This document shows positions 19,848-29,976 of a stretch of DNA of 64,000 nucleotides, one piece after another. Source of the stretch: Fidelibacterota bacterium (GTDB lineage: Bacteria > Fidelibacterota > UBA2242); the NCBI GenBank assembly GCA_016782645.1, contig JADHYC010000003.1, forward strand, positions 2,819 through 66,818, in the 5' to 3' direction. The notes beneath the pieces were generated by a model. The model was given only the letters and a program-made list of their open reading frames with translations, ran no database searches and was not told the origin of the DNA. Numbering within the stretch: the stretch's first letter is position 1; every line of letters begins with the position of its first letter. The position numbers were made by a program, and so were the translations under genes.

Positions 19848-20804
19848 ATGAGTAAAAAGTATATAAAAGATTTGCAAGAAGGCGATTTAATATCAAATTA
19901 TTTTGGTGTATTGATTAAGTCGCTTCGAAAGACTAAAACGGATAAGGATTATCTCGATCTAATATTAGTTGATAAAACAGGAAGGATTAATGCTAAAGTA
20001 TGGGACAGGGTAGAGAATGTAAAAGATAATTTTGAGAAAGGTGATCCCGTAGCTGTTAAAGGTCTGGTCGTTTCTTTTAATGAAGAACTTCAGCTAAAAG
20101 TTGATAGTGTCAGGCGTGTTGATCCTGAATTGGATAAAAAATATGGGTTTAATTTTATGGATCTTGTGCCAACAACTGAGAAAGATATTAATCAGATGTG
20201 GGATGAAGTTCAGGAGTTCATTCAGTCAATTCAAAACCCATATTTGAAATCGGTAGTAAGTGATATTTATTTAAAATTTGGAGACTTAATAAAAATTTAT
20301 CCTGCTTCAATGATACTTCATCACCCGTATCGTGGTGGATTACTCGAGCATATTCAGTCAACGAGTAATCTGGCTGTATCAATTTCTAAAAATTACCCTA
20401 ATCTTGATGGAGACCTTGTTCTTACTGGAATATTGTTGCATGATATTGGGAAATTGAAAGAATTAGAACCAGATATGGCGACTTCATACACAGATGAGGG
20501 GAATTTTATTGGACATATAGTCCTTGGAAGAGACATTCTACTTGAAGCGATTTCTAAAATTGATAATTTCCCTGAGACTCTTAAACTGAAACTCGAACAT
20601 ATTATCCTCTCTCATCAAGGAAAATACGAGTGGCAATCACCTAAAGAACCGGAGTTTCTTGAAGCGTTGATAGTGTATTTGATTGATGAGATGGATACAA
20701 GGATCAACCAAATGAAAACTGAGATCGAGTCGGATAATACTGAGGGGGATTGGACTTCAAAGAAAAATTATTTTCATCGTCCTCTTTATAAAGGTGATTC
20801 GTAA
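19848..20804 (+). CDS. yhaM: YhaM/Cbf1-like 3'-5' exoribonuclease (OB + HD)
   Basis: OB fold (DKTGRINAKVWD), HHPYRGGLLEH, LHDIGK, GHI, SHQG. Confidence 0.88.
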   Translation: MSKKYIKDLQEGDLISNYFGVLIKSLRKTKTDKDYLDLILVDKTGRINAKVWDRVENVKDNFEKGDPVAVKGLVVSFNEELQLKVDSVRRVDPELDKKYGFNFMDLVPTTEKDINQMWDEVQEFIQSIQNPYLKSVVSDIYLKFGDLIKIYPASMILHHPYRGGLLEHIQSTSNLAVSISKNYPNLDGDLVLTGILLHDIGKLKELEPDMATSYTDEGNFIGHIVLGRDILLEAISKIDNFPETLKLKLEHIILSHQGKYEWQSPKEPEFLEALIVYLIDEMDTRINQMKTEIESDNTEGDWTSKKNYFHRPLYKGDS

Positions 20805-21287
20805 AACCGCAGAGACGCAAGGTCGCAGAGGTTTATTATTTTATAGTAAAGAAAAAAACTATGAATAGAGAAGAATATAACAGAATTTCTAAAATTATTT
20901 TAGATAGTTGCATAACAGTTCATAAGGAAATGGGACCTGGATTACTTGAATCCGTATATGAATTGTGTTTGATGAAGGAATTTGATCTTCGCAATCTCAA
21001 AGCGAATAATCAAGTTCCAATACCCCTTATATATAAAGGATTTGAACTATCAAGAGAATTCCGAATTGATATTCTGGTTGAAAATGCTATTATTTTGGAG
21101 ATTAAATCCTGTGAGAACCTGTTAGCAGTTCATAAGGACCAAATAATATCTTGTCTGAAATTAACAAAGAAAAAATTAGGCTTTTTAGTTAACTTTAATA
21201 CACCCTTATTAAAAGATGGATTCAAAAGATTTGTCAATAATTTTTAATAAAAATAGAATTTCTTTGCGTCACGGCGTCTTTGCGGTT
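20805..21287. mobile_element. Inverted-repeat-bounded GxxExxY gene unit
   Basis: Left AACCGCAGAGACGCAAGGTCGCAGAG (20805-20830); right arm reverse complement AACCGCAAAGACGCCGTGACGCAAAG (21262-21287); 20/26 identical. Confidence 0.6.
20861..21247 (+). CDS. GxxExxY protein (PD-(D/E)XK-like)
   Basis: HKEMGPGLLESVYE, RIDILVE, LEIKS, GFLVNFN. Confidence 0.93.
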   Translation: MNREEYNRISKIILDSCITVHKEMGPGLLESVYELCLMKEFDLRNLKANNQVPIPLIYKGFELSREFRIDILVENAIILEIKSCENLLAVHKDQIISCLKLTKKKLGFLVNFNTPLLKDGFKRFVNNF

Positions 21288-21310
21288 ATTACAAAGATTT
21301 TTATTGAAAA

Positions 21311-21913
21311 ATGAACAACAGAATTAAGAGTATTGCATTCATGGGGATCTTTATTGCTCTTGTATTAGGAGTAGGTTATGCTTTAGCATTGGTACCAAAT
21401 GTTGAGCTAGTTACGGCAATGATTTTTCTTTCGGGTGTTCTAATGGGAATAAAAAGGGGTATCTTTGTTGGCATTATTGGGGAGTTCCTTTTTTCTGCTC
21501 TAAACCCTGTCGGATCCGGTTTGCTTTTTCCACCAATGTTAATTACTCAGGTTATATCTATGGGGTTTATTGGAGCAGTGGGTGGTTTATTGAGACAATA
21601 TATAATTAATTGGAAACCTAATCCGATTAATGTAATCGTTATTGGGGCAGTAAGTTTTACAATAACTTTAATATATGATATTTTTGTTTCGTTAGCTTTT
21701 CCTATTTCAGCTGGATTCAATTTTAAAGAAACTATTGGAGTTGTTATTACCAGTGGTATTGCATTTAGTGTAATCCATCTGATAGTAAATACAATTATAT
21801 TTATAACATTAGTACCAGTAACAGCACAGATGATTATTAAAGCCGTTCCATATTTTTCAGATGTTTGTAAAAGGGAGATGGAGAAACCACTAATGGACGC
21901 TAAATACCACTAA
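21311..21913 (+). CDS. ECF transporter S-component-like membrane protein
   Basis: About 6 TM helices, VPNVELVT motif. Confidence 0.75.
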   Translation: MNNRIKSIAFMGIFIALVLGVGYALALVPNVELVTAMIFLSGVLMGIKRGIFVGIIGEFLFSALNPVGSGLLFPPMLITQVISMGFIGAVGGLLRQYIINWKPNPINVIVIGAVSFTITLIYDIFVSLAFPISAGFNFKETIGVVITSGIAFSVIHLIVNTIIFITLVPVTAQMIIKAVPYFSDVCKREMEKPLMDAKYH

Positions 21914-21917
21914 TAGT

Positions 21918-23699
21918 ATGATGAAAGTTAAAAAAATAAAAAAGCGTAGAAGAATATGGGTAGGAATTTGTATACTACTTTTTACTTTTATTAGTGATTC
22001 TGCATTTGGACAAATGGCAATGGGTGATACTTTATCTGAATTTAAAAACATTACATATAATATTTGTGATGAATTGTTGGAAAGAAGTGATTTTTTTGTT
22101 TTTTCTTATGATGATTGGGGATTCAAAGGTGTATTTTCTTTGCTAGGACTTCCTGCTTCAACAATTAAAATATGCTACAATGATATGCTTGAAAATGATC
22201 CATTGTATGGTCAGGTTCCTATGTCATGGTTAAATCCTGGATATACTTATATGGAGATTAATAGAAAATCCGGAATCTGCAATTTTTCGATTTCCTTTCC
22301 GGAAGATAAACGACCAATTTCGAGATTTGACTATTATAGAGGAGATTATAGTTTTTTAAACTTTAGAGCTATGGTGGCAGGGCATTTATCTGATAGAACA
22401 AAATGGTATTTTTCCGGCGAAAATTTAGGATATGATGGTGCAGTCTCTTTGTATGGTCCAGATAAATATAAATTAGGTGAAAGTTTATCTCAATCTTATT
22501 ATCTGGATATTAGAACTAACTTGAATAAATGGGTGTTTGATGTCGGTGCGGCTTATGAAAAATATATGCCAGGGATTTCTAATGTTTCATTAGCAATGAC
22601 TGGCTATCCAGTATGGACTTTTGCCGGAAGGAATAAAGAGTATCGAACGAATTCCTATATTAAAGCAAGCAGTGGAAGTGATAAGGATTCTACAATCGTC
22701 GGATTTCAAATTTCGAGTTTTTTATATAGAAATGCAAATGATAACAATATCTTCTCTTTTAGCGGAGAGGCAAGTCAGTTTTCGGGACTATTTAGGAAAG
22801 ACTTTGTATTGAAGAAACGTAAATTTACGCTGTCGTTTTTTCCTCTTGCTCATACAGTATATTTTAGGAACAGTGTTGAGAAAAAGCAGGTTCTATTTAA
22901 TATTAATTTGGAAAACAGTCGTAATGGAAAGTTCTTTGATTATGTATTAGAAATAGGTATTGCTAATAGAGAATTAGTAGGGTTTGCAGAATTTAAAGTA
23001 CCACTATTGCAAGAATTTAGTTCTTGTGTAAGTTATCGAAAGGACTACGCGCTTTATCCGATAATATATGAAGCACATTTTAATAATACTCCGTCACTGT
23101 TTCCTGGTGATAATGGATTTAGTTATTCAATTGGTTCAATGGATTTATACTATAATCAGAAATTTATCAGATCGCAGTCTTCTATTAAGAGAGTTAAAAG
23201 TGATTTTCTTATCCCTTTTAGAACAACTATTGATGATACATTACCAATGTACCGGATAGAAAACCTTGATATAATATATTTAAGTGAAGATATAAAAATA
23301 CAATTTCCATGGAAAACCAGTATCCATGGAAGAGTAATATTCACTCCTTCAGGTAACGATGATAAATGTTTACGATTTCAAGGATGGGGACGAGTTTTGC
23401 AAAAACTTGATCTGTTTCACAATAATTTGCATCTATATGCGGCAGGTGAAGTTGTTTATTATAATGGTGGTAGTTCTTTAGCATGGTTTGAAGAGTTAAG
23501 GAATTTTGGGGAAACTGGTACTAAATATTTTACAAATGAAAGGCTCAGCTTTACAACCAGGTTCGGAGCTCATATCGGGGATTTTCACGTTTTCTATGTT
23601 ATTTATAATGTTGAGGGGAGAAATTTCTCGACTTTAGCTTTAATGCCTTATAGAAATCGCCTTAAGATTTTAGGAATCGAATGGGCATTTTTAAATTGA
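21918..23699 (+). CDS. Putative outer-membrane barrel (porin/TonB-receptor-like)
   Basis: Signal peptide, plug-like ENDPLYGQ segment, beta-strand pattern, C-terminal GIEWAFLN. Confidence 0.6.
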   Translation: MMKVKKIKKRRRIWVGICILLFTFISDSAFGQMAMGDTLSEFKNITYNICDELLERSDFFVFSYDDWGFKGVFSLLGLPASTIKICYNDMLENDPLYGQVPMSWLNPGYTYMEINRKSGICNFSISFPEDKRPISRFDYYRGDYSFLNFRAMVAGHLSDRTKWYFSGENLGYDGAVSLYGPDKYKLGESLSQSYYLDIRTNLNKWVFDVGAAYEKYMPGISNVSLAMTGYPVWTFAGRNKEYRTNSYIKASSGSDKDSTIVGFQISSFLYRNANDNNIFSFSGEASQFSGLFRKDFVLKKRKFTLSFFPLAHTVYFRNSVEKKQVLFNINLENSRNGKFFDYVLEIGIANRELVGFAEFKVPLLQEFSSCVSYRKDYALYPIIYEAHFNNTPSLFPGDNGFSYSIGSMDLYYNQKFIRSQSSIKRVKSDFLIPFRTTIDDTLPMYRIENLDIIYLSEDIKIQFPWKTSIHGRVIFTPSGNDDKCLRFQGWGRVLQKLDLFHNNLHLYAAGEVVYYNGGSSLAWFEELRNFGETGTKYFTNERLSFTTRFGAHIGDFHVFYVIYNVEGRNFSTLALMPYRNRLKILGIEWAFLN

Positions 23700-23761
23700 A
23701 TATTTATTATAGTTGATTTAACTTTGATTCAATCTAATTGATAATGAAAGGGAGGACAGAT

Positions 23762-25018
23762 ATGAATTATAAAAGAGCATTTTTTATTGTTGGAATAATT
23801 TTAATTTTTTCATTGTTACTTCTTGCTCAAGATATTGAAGAAAAAACAATTTATCTAAAGTCTGGTGGTAAAGTTACAGGTAAAATCATATCTACAGATC
23901 CTGAAACTGGAGATATTGAAATTCAAACGGCGTATGGTGTATTAGAAATTAAGGGAGAAGATATTCTCCAGGAAGTTGTCTCTATAATTTTGAAGTCTGG
24001 TGATAGGTTAAAAGGTTTGATTATTTACGAAGATAATGAGAAGATACACTTCCAATCCGATTATGGTTTGTTGAAAGTTAATAAAGGCGATATAGAACAA
24101 ATTGATTATGAATTGGAAAAGGGTGAGGGGAAAGTTTCTAAAATAGAGGAGAAGTTTAGCCTTGGTAAAGAACGTCAGATTGATGTTTTTTACGATCCCA
24201 CAGGCTATGTCTTAGATAAAGGAACTTTGTATGTCAGTGGACTTTCCTGGGGATTTGGAATTACAAATAGGTTGCAGATAACTTCTAAGTGGTCAGGTTA
24301 TTTTTTAGGTGATTTCAATGTCCGTCCCAAAATTCAGATTTTCAGAAAGGGCAGCTGGGAAAAAGAACATGCCTTATCTATTGGTGGACATATTCACATG
24401 AGATATATTCCTGATAAATATGAGTGGACTGAAAAAACCTTCCAATTTGAACAAGGACATTATAGTTCAGAAGGTTGGATAACTAGTCCTGATAGCACTA
24501 TTGATCTCTATTATGGAGAGTATTTGAGGATTGGATCGAAAGTGGAATTGGAAGAGGGTGAACGACGGTATAATGATGAATTTGGTTATATTGAGAGTGG
24601 ATGGGTTGATATAGATGAACCGGACAATCGTCAGTATTATGAGGTTTTTGCAGCTTATACTTTTTCAAGGGCACGAAAGGGAAAGGCCGGAAGGATATCA
24701 CATACGCTGGGAGCGTATTTAAGTAAATTTTCTAAAAGTGATGATTTTATGTATAAAATTTATTTGGGTGGTGCTGTAGATATAAGGAAAAATATTATTT
24801 TCAACTATGAAATTTATTATGATCCCTGGTATGTTGAATGGTGGAAAAGGACAGGTATATTTTATTATGAAGAAGATGAACTCAGCAAGACGAAACCCAA
24901 AAAGGAATATGTATCACCTTTCCATTTCGATATGGGATTTATTTATGCCTACAGAGATTGGCTGCGATTCGGAATACATTTTCAGCCGTATATATTTGCG
25001 ATTTATATGAAGTTTTAG
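23762..25018 (+). CDS. Secreted protein with two small repeated N-terminal domains and a probable C-terminal barrel
   Basis: IYLKSGGKVTGKII and IILKSGDRLKGLII repeats; terminal YMKF; GGAGG SD. Confidence 0.65.
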   Translation: MNYKRAFFIVGIILIFSLLLLAQDIEEKTIYLKSGGKVTGKIISTDPETGDIEIQTAYGVLEIKGEDILQEVVSIILKSGDRLKGLIIYEDNEKIHFQSDYGLLKVNKGDIEQIDYELEKGEGKVSKIEEKFSLGKERQIDVFYDPTGYVLDKGTLYVSGLSWGFGITNRLQITSKWSGYFLGDFNVRPKIQIFRKGSWEKEHALSIGGHIHMRYIPDKYEWTEKTFQFEQGHYSSEGWITSPDSTIDLYYGEYLRIGSKVELEEGERRYNDEFGYIESGWVDIDEPDNRQYYEVFAAYTFSRARKGKAGRISHTLGAYLSKFSKSDDFMYKIYLGGAVDIRKNIIFNYEIYYDPWYVEWWKRTGIFYYEEDELSKTKPKKEYVSPFHFDMGFIYAYRDWLRFGIHFQPYIFAIYMKF

Positions 25019-25199
25019 TTGGGAAGATGCTCAAACCGCTAATGCTCCAAAGGAGTCTAGGGAAACGCAAATGAGTGTGTTCTTTAACCGCTGCTTGTTG
25101 GCACATGGACTGTACGATTGACAAGACTAAGAATAACACTACGATTTAACACTATCGGGCTTTTAAACTGATAGTGGTAATTGTTGCCACATAGGATTA

Positions 25200-25530
25200 A
25201 CACCATGATTTACCTGTCCGGCTTTTTTTGACGGATTGTGGTGATTACAGGTTCTGCACTATAAACAATAACCTTTTCAAGGGTTTTCCAGTAGAAACAG
25301 TTGAAACTGTTCTTAGGTTAGGTGGACCCTTTTACACCACATTGAAACGTGGTGCTAATCTTAGTTGGAGTTTAAAAATCCGACAAATTAGGATTAACAT
25401 CAGACTTTCCCAAAGGGATCCATTACTGGGACAGTCTGGTGATGAGAGGGACATACCTTCCCCGATAACCTCTTCAGAGGTTTATAAAGTGCTAATCCCA
25501 TATTTACAAACACACTAATAGGAATGACAC
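25200..25530. repeat. Cluster of REP-like palindromes
   Basis: AAACAGTTGAAACTGTT, CACCACATTGAAACGTGGTG, CCCAAAGGG, GGAATGAC. Confidence 0.55.
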
Positions 25531-25652
25531 CAAGATTCACTCTATCTTCCAGCTTCTGATATATCGTAATATCAATTTATAAATCTGTGTAGATATTAAT
25601 TCCAGATAAAAAATATAATCATAAATTATATGCAGTTTAAAAGTGAGTTTAT

Positions 25653-28600
25653 ATGAAGTTTTTAAAAATACTTTTCTTTTATGCCATTTTTTTCGCTATC
25701 AGTTTTGCTCGACCTACCTGGGTTTCTCTTGATAGTTCCGATGAAACGAAGCCACTCGTTGAAGTCCTTTCCTCAAATCAAGATGAAACGGTGTTAAAAT
25801 TCCAATTAAATGGTTTTTATGTCGATGAAATTGAGATTAATGGTGAAATATATTCCATGTTTTCAGTTCCCAATCTTACAACCCTTCACAAAAAAAGTTT
25901 GCCTGATTTCCCAAAATTTACAGGAAGTATTATAGTTCCTGATGATGCAAAAATGATGTACACGATTGAATATGAAGATTGGGCTGAGTATAAATATTAT
26001 GCACCTGTTCCTTCTAAGGGTGCGATTTCACGAAACATTGATCCTGCGACCGTACCTTATGTTTTTAGTGAAATTTATGATAAAAACGAACCTTTCCCTG
26101 GTGAAAACATAGAGTTAGGAGCACCTTATATTCTTCGTGATTATCGAGGATTAACAGTTCGCTTTGTGCCATTTCAATATATTCCTGACAAAGGTATAAT
26201 TCGTGTTTGTAGAGAGATAGTTGTTAAAGTATCAAAAGTGGGAGCCGGTGAAATCAATACGAAATCCCGTGAGAGAGATTCCGCGAGAATACCGAAAAAT
26301 CTACAAAATTTGTACAAAGCTCATTTCATTAACTATGAGTACGTAACTCGTGGTAAATATGAGCAACTTTCGGAGCCAGGAAAGTTAATTGTTATTACTT
26401 ATGATGATTTTGTCAATGACGTGCAGGAGCTTGTTGATTGGAAAATCCAGAAGGGATTGGAAACGGACTTAGTTCCATTATCCACAATTGGAAGTTCTTC
26501 AAGTGACATAAAGGATTATCTGCAAGATCAATATGACAGTGAAGAGAGCTTTACGTATGTTATTCTTGTTGGTGATGCTCAGCAGATTCCTCCTCTTTAT
26601 GGAACGGTGGAGAGTGCTGCATCTGATGGATCATATTGTTTATTAGAGGGAGATGATTTTTACTCGGATGCGTTTATATCCAGAATTTCAGCGCAAAATT
26701 CTTCTCAAGTCTTGAATCAGATTAGCAAAATCGTCAATTATGAAAAGAGTCCGGATACAGGAGTAAATGCTGATTGGTATTCTAAAGGGACAGGTATTGC
26801 CAGTGATGAATTAGGTGGCACTGAGTTAAGAGATTGGGAAAGAGCTGATTTTTTGAGAGATATGTTACTGAGTTTTACATATACAGAAATTGATCAGATT
26901 TATGATCCTGGTGCTACATCATCTCAGGTTATTAATGCAGTAAGTGAGGGGCGTTCAATTCTTAATTACATCGGACACGGCTCCGGAACTTCATGGGGAA
27001 CGACTGGTTTCAGTGTTTCGCATGTATCGCAATTAAGCAATGGACACAAAATACCGTTTATTATTGATGTATCGTGTTCCAACGGATCCTTTACCGGATA
27101 TAGTGATTGTCTGGCGGAAGCATGGGTGAAAGCCGGCACATCAGAAAATCCCAAAGGTGCAATAGGTATGTTTTCTGCCTCTACAGGAGCGTCCTGGGTT
27201 CCTCCTTGTGTTATGCAACATGAAGCTATCGAACTGCTAACAACAAACCAGAAGCAGTCAGTTGGAGGTTTAGTATTTCATGGAATTTATGCTACTCTGG
27301 ATGAATATCCTGATAATGATGGAGTAGCGGTTATGGAGCAGTACAATTTATTTGGCGATTGCAGTTTAATTATTCGTACTACACCGCCGGATTATTTGTA
27401 TACTTCTCATCAGCCGGTTATTATCGTGGGTTCCCAGACTTTTGATGTATCGATGTCCGGAACTCCCGATGTGCTCGTATCGCTTTCAAAAGATAGCGTT
27501 CTCTATGCTTCTGGTGAAACAAACATAGCTGGATATGTCACACTTCAATTAAAGGAAGAAATAAATGAACCGGGTGAATTTATTTTAACTGCTACTGCTT
27601 TTAATAAAGTGCCTCTTATTAAAACAATTCAGGCAATTACTCCCGAAGGTCCATGGCTGACTTTTCAAGATTATACAATAGAAGATACTGGCTCAGGGAA
27701 TGGCAATAGAAAATGGGATTTCGGAGAGATGATAGATTTATATGTTTCGCTAAAAAATGTCGGCATAGACTCGGCTTTAAATCCTGTGACGAAAATATCA
27801 ACTGAAGACCAATACGTTGTTATCATACAGGACAGTTCGTCTTATCCTGATATTGACAGCGCAGGTGTTGAGCAGAATGAAGTTGCTTTTACAATGACGG
27901 CAAATGTTAACACACCAAATAGTCATTATGCTGAATTTCATATCGGCACGTTTGTTAATGATACATTAGGATGGGACAATAAATTTTCAATTCCAATTTA
28001 TTCACCATTGATTGGTCTCCTTGACTTTACTTTAAATGTAGTTGGTGGAAATGGGGATGATGTGTTTGATGCCGGTGAAACTGCTCAACTTATTGTTTCT
28101 CTGGAAAATACAGGTGGTTCCACTGCTGAAAATGTTGTGGGGACCATTAGTACTGATGATCAATATTTAACAATACAAAATGCGACTTACAACTATGGAA
28201 TCGTTTTTGCCGACGGTGGAACGGTTATAAATTCTTCATATCCTTATTTAATTGGAGCATTGCCAACAACGCCAGTTGAACATCATGTAGAGTTAAACCT
28301 GGCGATTACAGGTGATAATGGATATTTGACAAATCTGAGTATAGATTTTATCATCGGTTTTCCTGAAATTCTTGTGTGGGATAAGGATGGAAATCATAAT
28401 AGTGGGACAGTTCTGAATGCGTTAGTTACTGATAGTCTGGGAAAATCTTCAAATTATGTTATTGGTTCTTTACCATCAGATAATCTCAGCTATTATAAAG
28501 CAATATTTATATTTCTTGGTGTATCTCCCGACAATTATAAATTAACCGAGTCCGATGCAGAGCTATTGGTGGAATTTTTAAATAACGGTGGATGCATTTA

Positions 28601-29810
28601 TATGGAAGGCGGCGAAACATGGGCTTTTGATTCTCCAACATCTTTACATTCATATTTTAATATTAATGGGACAAGCGATGGTTCCGGAGATACTCAATTT
28701 ATCATTGGACAATCAGACAGTTATACTGAAGGCTTAGAATTTTCTTACAGTGGTGATAATTCCTACATGGATCGCTTAAGTCCTATTAATCCGGCAGTTT
28801 CTGTGTTCAAGAATCAAAATCCTTCCTATGTAAATACAGTTGCTAATGACGCTGAAGTGTATAAAACAATTGGAGTAAGTTTTGAGTTTGGTGGACTTGT
28901 TGACGACGGTGATACTAATACCAAGGAATTTCTACTAGGAAAAATGCTGGAATTTTTCGACATCGGTCTAACCGAACCTGGTCTTTGCGATTCCTGGATA
29001 AAGGGCGATCCGGATAATAATCTAATAATAAATGTTCTTGATATTGTGAAAGTTATTGGGTTTATTCTGGAAACTAGTAACCCTGACACATGCCAGAAAT
29101 GGGCGAGTGATCTTAATGAGGATAATAAAATTGATGTGTTAGATTTAGTGCCGATGATTAATATTATATTAAATCAAAGTTCAAAAGGGATGGCAAAAAG
29201 AAATTATGATATTGCTACAAGGTCTACAATTATACACGATGGTAGAATAGTAAGAATTATATCCGATGGTTCAATAGCAGCAATTCAACTCAAACTGAAA
29301 AGTAATGATGCGGATGCTGTTAAATTTTATCCTTCTGATGATTTAAATTCTATGGAATGGATGGTAGAAAAAGTTAATGACGGAATTAATGTTGTAATTT
29401 TCAGTACACAGAGAATGTTTTTACTTAAAGAAGCAAAACTTTTTACCATAGATGGAAATTTTGAAGTTGAAAATGTCGTAATAGCAAATGCTTTAGGTGA
29501 CCGTGTTGAGAATGGTGTTCAGGTTATTCCTTTAACTTTTACTCTTAGACAGAATTATCCAAACCCTTTTAATCCAAGTACTAAGATCAGCTACGAAATA
29601 CCAAAAGAATCTGATGTAAGACTAGCGATCTTTAATATCAGAGGTGAATTAGTTACATGGATAGTTGATTGTCGTAGTTACCCAGAGTATTATGAGGTTG
29701 AATGGGATGGCAAAAATGAAAGAGGGTATAGTGTAGCATCAGGAATCTACTTCTATCGTATCCAGGCTGGGTCGTATGTGAAGACTATGAAGATGGTGTT
29801 GATGAAGTAG
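25653..29810 (+). CDS. C25 (gingipain-like) cysteine peptidase with propeptide, Ig-like repeats, dockerin and FlgD-Ig/secretion C-terminal domain
   Basis: YIGHG and DVSCSNG catalytic motifs; paired dockerin loops GDPDNNLIINVLD and SDLNEDNKIDVLD; QNYPNPFNPST..WDG..SGIYFY. Confidence 0.93.
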   Translation: MKFLKILFFYAIFFAISFARPTWVSLDSSDETKPLVEVLSSNQDETVLKFQLNGFYVDEIEINGEIYSMFSVPNLTTLHKKSLPDFPKFTGSIIVPDDAKMMYTIEYEDWAEYKYYAPVPSKGAISRNIDPATVPYVFSEIYDKNEPFPGENIELGAPYILRDYRGLTVRFVPFQYIPDKGIIRVCREIVVKVSKVGAGEINTKSRERDSARIPKNLQNLYKAHFINYEYVTRGKYEQLSEPGKLIVITYDDFVNDVQELVDWKIQKGLETDLVPLSTIGSSSSDIKDYLQDQYDSEESFTYVILVGDAQQIPPLYGTVESAASDGSYCLLEGDDFYSDAFISRISAQNSSQVLNQISKIVNYEKSPDTGVNADWYSKGTGIASDELGGTELRDWERADFLRDMLLSFTYTEIDQIYDPGATSSQVINAVSEGRSILNYIGHGSGTSWGTTGFSVSHVSQLSNGHKIPFIIDVSCSNGSFTGYSDCLAEAWVKAGTSENPKGAIGMFSASTGASWVPPCVMQHEAIELLTTNQKQSVGGLVFHGIYATLDEYPDNDGVAVMEQYNLFGDCSLIIRTTPPDYLYTSHQPVIIVGSQTFDVSMSGTPDVLVSLSKDSVLYASGETNIAGYVTLQLKEEINEPGEFILTATAFNKVPLIKTIQAITPEGPWLTFQDYTIEDTGSGNGNRKWDFGEMIDLYVSLKNVGIDSALNPVTKISTEDQYVVIIQDSSSYPDIDSAGVEQNEVAFTMTANVNTPNSHYAEFHIGTFVNDTLGWDNKFSIPIYSPLIGLLDFTLNVVGGNGDDVFDAGETAQLIVSLENTGGSTAENVVGTISTDDQYLTIQNATYNYGIVFADGGTVINSSYPYLIGALPTTPVEHHVELNLAITGDNGYLTNLSIDFIIGFPEILVWDKDGNHNSGTVLNALVTDSLGKSSNYVIGSLPSDNLSYYKAIFIFLGVSPDNYKLTESDAELLVEFLNNGGCIYMEGGETWAFDSPTSLHSYFNINGTSDGSGDTQFIIGQSDSYTEGLEFSYSGDNSYMDRLSPINPAVSVFKNQNPSYVNTVANDAEVYKTIGVSFEFGGLVDDGDTNTKEFLLGKMLEFFDIGLTEPGLCDSWIKGDPDNNLIINVLDIVKVIGFILETSNPDTCQKWASDLNEDNKIDVLDLVPMINIILNQSSKGMAKRNYDIATRSTIIHDGRIVRIISDGSIAAIQLKLKSNDADAVKFYPSDDLNSMEWMVEKVNDGINVVIFSTQRMFLLKEAKLFTIDGNFEVENVVIANALGDRVENGVQVIPLTFTLRQNYPNPFNPSTKISYEIPKESDVRLAIFNIRGELVTWIVDCRSYPEYYEVEWDGKNERGYSVASGIYFYRIQAGSYVKTMKMVLMK

Positions 29811-29848
29811 TATCAAATGACCATCGCACTGATGTAATTTTGAACTAT

Positions 29849-29908
29849 ATTTAACGCCGGTAATCAGCCGCGCTGCTTTTTGCGTCGGCTGAATTAGCCT
29901 TGTTAGCC
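29849..29908 (-). mobile_element. attC site (60 bp)
   Basis: Minus strand GGCTAAC-AAGGCTAATTCAGCCGACGC-AAAAAGCA-GCGCGGCTGATTACCGGC-GTTAAAT: RYYYAAC/GTTRRRY cores, imperfect arms with extra bases on the left arm. Confidence 0.85.
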
Positions 29909-29976
29909 CTGAATGTTTACGGACTCATTTAACACCATAAACCAATAAATCAATGTTCTGAAATCTTGTTGCAAGA

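Noticed and set aside
25021..25086. Stem-loop with CAAACC...GGGAAACGCAAA, reminiscent of a c-di-GMP-I or fluoride riboswitch
   Set aside because: Lacks the GNRA loop, the second hairpin and the fluoride consensus; lies directly after a stop and far from the next start
25228..25518. 96-aa ORF
   Set aside because: Made of palindromic repeat sequence; likely spurious
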